A stretch of DNA of 32,000 nt, taken from assembly GCF_000284455.1 (NCBI RefSeq), contig NC_017039.1, positions 2,850,001 to 2,882,000 on the forward strand, read 5' to 3'. Below, piece after piece: positions 29,206 to 32,000 of this stretch. The position numbers and the translations under genes were made by a program. A model generated the notes under the pieces. The model searched no databases. It was not told the DNA's origin and saw only the letters and a program-made list of their open reading frames with translations. Source of the DNA: Synechocystis sp. PCC 6803 substr. PCC-P (GTDB lineage Bacteria > Cyanobacteriota > Cyanobacteriia > Cyanobacteriales > Microcystaceae). Numbering within the stretch: position 1 is the first letter of the stretch; every line of letters begins with the position of its first letter.

Positions 29206-31647
29206 ATGGTCTTTTCCTCCGATTCCCCCGAATTTAGCCTCTCCCCTTTTGAACAAGCCCTCATTGAAGCGGGTTATCTTTCCCTTTCCCAAATTCATCA
29301 GGCTTTAATGGAGGCGCGTCGCACCGGCATTGCTCTGCCGACTTTGGTGGAAACAATATTGGGGGAATCTTTGCCCGATGAACTACATCGCCAGTACCAA
29401 GCTCAGCAACGGTTTGCCCTTTCGGTGATCCATGGGGTGAAGTTTTTTGACCAACATCAGTTAACGACCCTGGCCAACACCGAGGCGATCGCCAGTTTAC
29501 TGAACCGTTACTTTCCTTTGCCCATCTGCCGTCAGTATGGTTTTTTACCCCTCCATTACCGGGAAAATCCGGGGGCTTTGTTAGTGGTGATGGTGGACCC
29601 CAGCGACCCGGAAGCAAGTCAATTTTTACAACGACAACTAGCGCCCCATCGGCTTACCCTGCGGCGGCGGGGGGTGACCAAGGATGATTTTGATAATTTA
29701 ATCGATCAGCTTTACCACGATCCGGAAGTGCAGGCCGCCCTGAACGCCCACCGCCAAACTGAGATTAGTGAAGATCCCTACGATGGCAAAGCAACGGTGG
29801 TGGAAGTAACGGAAATTATTGAGGATTTACCGCAACAAATCGCAGCTCTGCAGAATACTCCCCCGGTTGCTCCCCCGCCGGTCAGTGCCATAGCCGAAAA
29901 TACAAATGATTCTAATCCAGAGGCCAAATCCGAAGGGCCAGAAGTTAAATTAGCTAATAAAATTCTCATCCTTGGGTTGCGGGAAGGGGCCAGCGAAATT
30001 CACATTGACCCCCAGGATAATCGGGTGCTGGTGCAGATTCGTCAGGGTGGTAATCTCCGGATGTTGCTTGAACCCCTGCCTAGGGAGTTAGGCCCCAAAT
30101 TGGTCGCCAGGGTGAAAACCATGGCCCATTTGGACACCAGCCAGACCAACATCCCCCAAAAGGCCCGCATCCGCAAAAGTTATAATGGCCAGTCAGTATT
30201 TTTCTACGTCAATATTCTGCCCAGTTTTTACGGTGAAAAAATACTGGTACGGGTGGTTCCTCACCTAGAAAAATTACCTGATTTTGCCCAACTTTGTGGC
30301 GATCGCCAGAGCCAGGAAAGTTTACAAAGATTAGCCCAGGAATCCCAAGGTTTAGTGGTGGTAATTGGGGCGGCCTATGGCGGCAAAACCACTACCATGG
30401 AAGCTTTTTTGGGACAGCAGTTGGACCAGAATCGCTCCGTTGCCTTGGTGTCCGATCCCCTTGTCCATGTTTATGAAAACATTAATCAGCTAGAAGTAAA
30501 CCCCCAAAAGGACTTTACCAGCGAAAAGGCAGTGCAGTCCCTCCAGGATCAATGGCCCGCAGTGATGGCAGTGGATCCCTTGGAGGATCAGGAAACAGCC
30601 CAAATTTTGACCCAAGTCCTCAACCAAGGCCATTTAGTTTTCACCTCTGTCATTGCCAAAGATGTGCCCTCGGCGATCGCCCAACTGCAGCAATGGTTTG
30701 AACCAGCGGTATTGGGGCAACACCTGAAGGGCATTGTTTCCCAGCGGCCAGTGCGACGGGTCTGTCCAGCCTGTCGTTTGAGGGGGGAAGTGACACCGGA
30801 AGAGCAACAACGTTTTGGTCTGCCTCCGGGAACTATTTATCGGGCTAACAGTTTGAGTATGGAGTTGATGGCCCAACCCATGATCAAAAGTCGTCTCTGT
30901 CGTCAGTGCCATGGCCTTGGTTACTCTGGCATGACGGGGATATTTGAGGTCGTGGCCATTACTCCTGAGCTCCAACAGTTAGTCAGTAGCCCCTGTTCCC
31001 ACGCAGAAATTATCAATGGTTTAAGTCAAGCTGGCATTGCTAGTCCCGCTCGCCAGGCGATCACCCTAGTGAGTCAGGGAGTCACCACCCTCGAAGAAGT
31101 GACCAGACTTTTTCCCCAATTGCCCCGGCAACTATCGCCCCGATCGTCCCCCCCTGAAGCTATTAGTGCACAATCATCACCAATGACTCCCCCCGCAACT
31201 CAAACCATCCCAGGGGAAACTATGTTCTCCGATGACCAATGGTGGCAACGTCTGCAACAACTGGAAAAATCTGTGCAGGAGCTTAACCGTGCCCTGGCGG
31301 ATTTGAAAAAAATGGCTGGCGATCGCCCTTCTGCTCACCGTACCCGGGCTGGCGATCATCATTCCCCATCGGCTGCTGGCCCCAACTTAGACCTCATGGC
31401 AGAATTGCAGGCCCTGGAGGATTTATCTGCCCACAAAAGGCCCAAGGCTAGGGACAGACATGAACAAGCCGTAACCGTTATGGAAGGTTTTGATCAAATT
31501 GAAGAATTATTAATTGACGATCAATTGGGCCAACCTGCCGCTGCCCCCTTCAATGCCGGGGAGGAAACCTTTATTGCAGAAGAAGAAGCTAACGTCCCGG
31601 AGGGGAAAAAATTTAATCCGTTTAAATCTGTGATTGACCCCTGGTAA
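29206..31647 (+). CDS. pilB2: Divergent GspE/PilB-type secretion/pilus ATPase-like protein
   Basis: N-terminal MshEN-like 'LIEAGYLSLSQIHQALMEARRTGIALPTLVETI'. Central ATPase 'ILGLREGASEIHIDPQDNRVLVQIRQGG', 'GAAYGGKTTTMEAFL' and Zn tetracysteine 'CPACR...CRQCHGLGYSGMTGIFEV'. Low-complexity and charged C-terminal extension. The gene number is from memory. Confidence 0.85.
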   Translation: MVFSSDSPEFSLSPFEQALIEAGYLSLSQIHQALMEARRTGIALPTLVETILGESLPDELHRQYQAQQRFALSVIHGVKFFDQHQLTTLANTEAIASLLNRYFPLPICRQYGFLPLHYRENPGALLVVMVDPSDPEASQFLQRQLAPHRLTLRRRGVTKDDFDNLIDQLYHDPEVQAALNAHRQTEISEDPYDGKATVVEVTEIIEDLPQQIAALQNTPPVAPPPVSAIAENTNDSNPEAKSEGPEVKLANKILILGLREGASEIHIDPQDNRVLVQIRQGGNLRMLLEPLPRELGPKLVARVKTMAHLDTSQTNIPQKARIRKSYNGQSVFFYVNILPSFYGEKILVRVVPHLEKLPDFAQLCGDRQSQESLQRLAQESQGLVVVIGAAYGGKTTTMEAFLGQQLDQNRSVALVSDPLVHVYENINQLEVNPQKDFTSEKAVQSLQDQWPAVMAVDPLEDQETAQILTQVLNQGHLVFTSVIAKDVPSAIAQLQQWFEPAVLGQHLKGIVSQRPVRRVCPACRLRGEVTPEEQQRFGLPPGTIYRANSLSMELMAQPMIKSRLCRQCHGLGYSGMTGIFEVVAITPELQQLVSSPCSHAEIINGLSQAGIASPARQAITLVSQGVTTLEEVTRLFPQLPRQLSPRSSPPEAISAQSSPMTPPATQTIPGETMFSDDQWWQRLQQLEKSVQELNRALADLKKMAGDRPSAHRTRAGDHHSPSAAGPNLDLMAELQALEDLSAHKRPKARDRHEQAVTVMEGFDQIEELLIDDQLGQPAAAPFNAGEETFIAEEEANVPEGKKFNPFKSVIDPW

Positions 31648-31747
31648 CCCAAAAACCATTGCTTTGTTCGGCTCATAGAACACAGAACAGCCAAGACTAG
31701 ATAAACCCGGTGAAGCAGAAATCCCAAGCCCTTGAACGAGGGAACTC

Positions 31748-32000
31748 TCAATTCTTAGTGGATGGCAAAGGCTGGAAAAAAATTCTGCCCATCCACAGCA
31801 AACACACCAGGAAATAACCGGTGGTGATCAGACCATTTAGGTACATTAGTCTAAATGCGGCCAATTCCCCCGCGCCCTGGCCAGTCCCCCAGAGTAATAG
31901 GTACAGGCAGAGCCAACCTAGGGTTAATTGCAATGACCGACGACTTAAACGGCGACGTTGACGGTGATGCTGATTGTCGCCCCAGTTAGGTTGGTCTGGT
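31748..32000 (-). CDS. Hypothetical membrane protein, 5' end truncated by the window edge
   Basis: The track starts this ORF at TTG 31933, but the frame stays open to 32000: ...PDQPNWGDNQHHRQRRRLSRRSLQLTLGWLCLYLLLWGTGQGAGELAAFRLMYLNGLITTGYFLVCLLWMGRIFFQPLPSTKN. Two hydrophobic helices. Confidence 0.65.
   Translation of the reverse strand, partial: PDQPNWGDNQHHRQRRRLSRRSLQLTLGWLCLYLLLWGTGQGAGELAAFRLMYLNGLITTGYFLVCLLWMGRIFFQPLPSTKN

Noticed and set aside
31521-31751. Track ORF 31521..31751 (-)
   Set aside because: Overlaps the 3' end of the PilB-like gene antisense, with no recognisable features.
1-32000. Search for CRISPR arrays, insertion sequences, prophage, toxin-antitoxin pairs and tRNA genes
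   Set aside because: No regularly spaced repeats, transposase motifs, terminal inverted repeats, TA-like overlapping small ORFs or cloverleaf sequences were identified by eye.

Overview
Ordinary cyanobacterial chromosome, essentially certainly Synechocystis sp. PCC 6803 or a very close strain. This rests on gene content and on many copies of the HIP1 octamer GCGATCGC. No phage, transposon, CRISPR array, rRNA or tRNA could be supported. From left to right I read: an uncharacterised membrane protein running off the left edge; a double META-domain secreted protein; a cNMP-binding + EAL protein; a CCA-adding-family nucleotidyltransferase; ycf34; ndhF1; sdhB; cyabrB2; an Rrf2 regulator; the phytochrome cph2; coaD; a hendecad coiled-coil (Cdv3/DivIVA-like) protein; rsmG; an Hpt-only CheA fragment (pilL-N/hik36); the divergent sufR / sufBCDS iron-sulfur cluster; an ArsA/Get3-like ATPase; a glycosyltransferase-like gene with gmhB and gmhA; queD; a divergent PilB/GspE-like ATPase; and a small membrane protein running off the right edge. 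The best second-look items are the sufR-sufB control region (two CAAC-N6-GTTG sites flanking a perfect 22-bp palindrome, plus a consensus -35), the CRP-like/EAL fusion, an unlisted 36-codon single-TM ORF, the 11-residue Cys-bearing repeat in the coiled-coil protein, and the eroded catalytic motifs of the PilB-like ATPase. I found no convincing wholly new system. All calls are by eye, without alignments or database searches.
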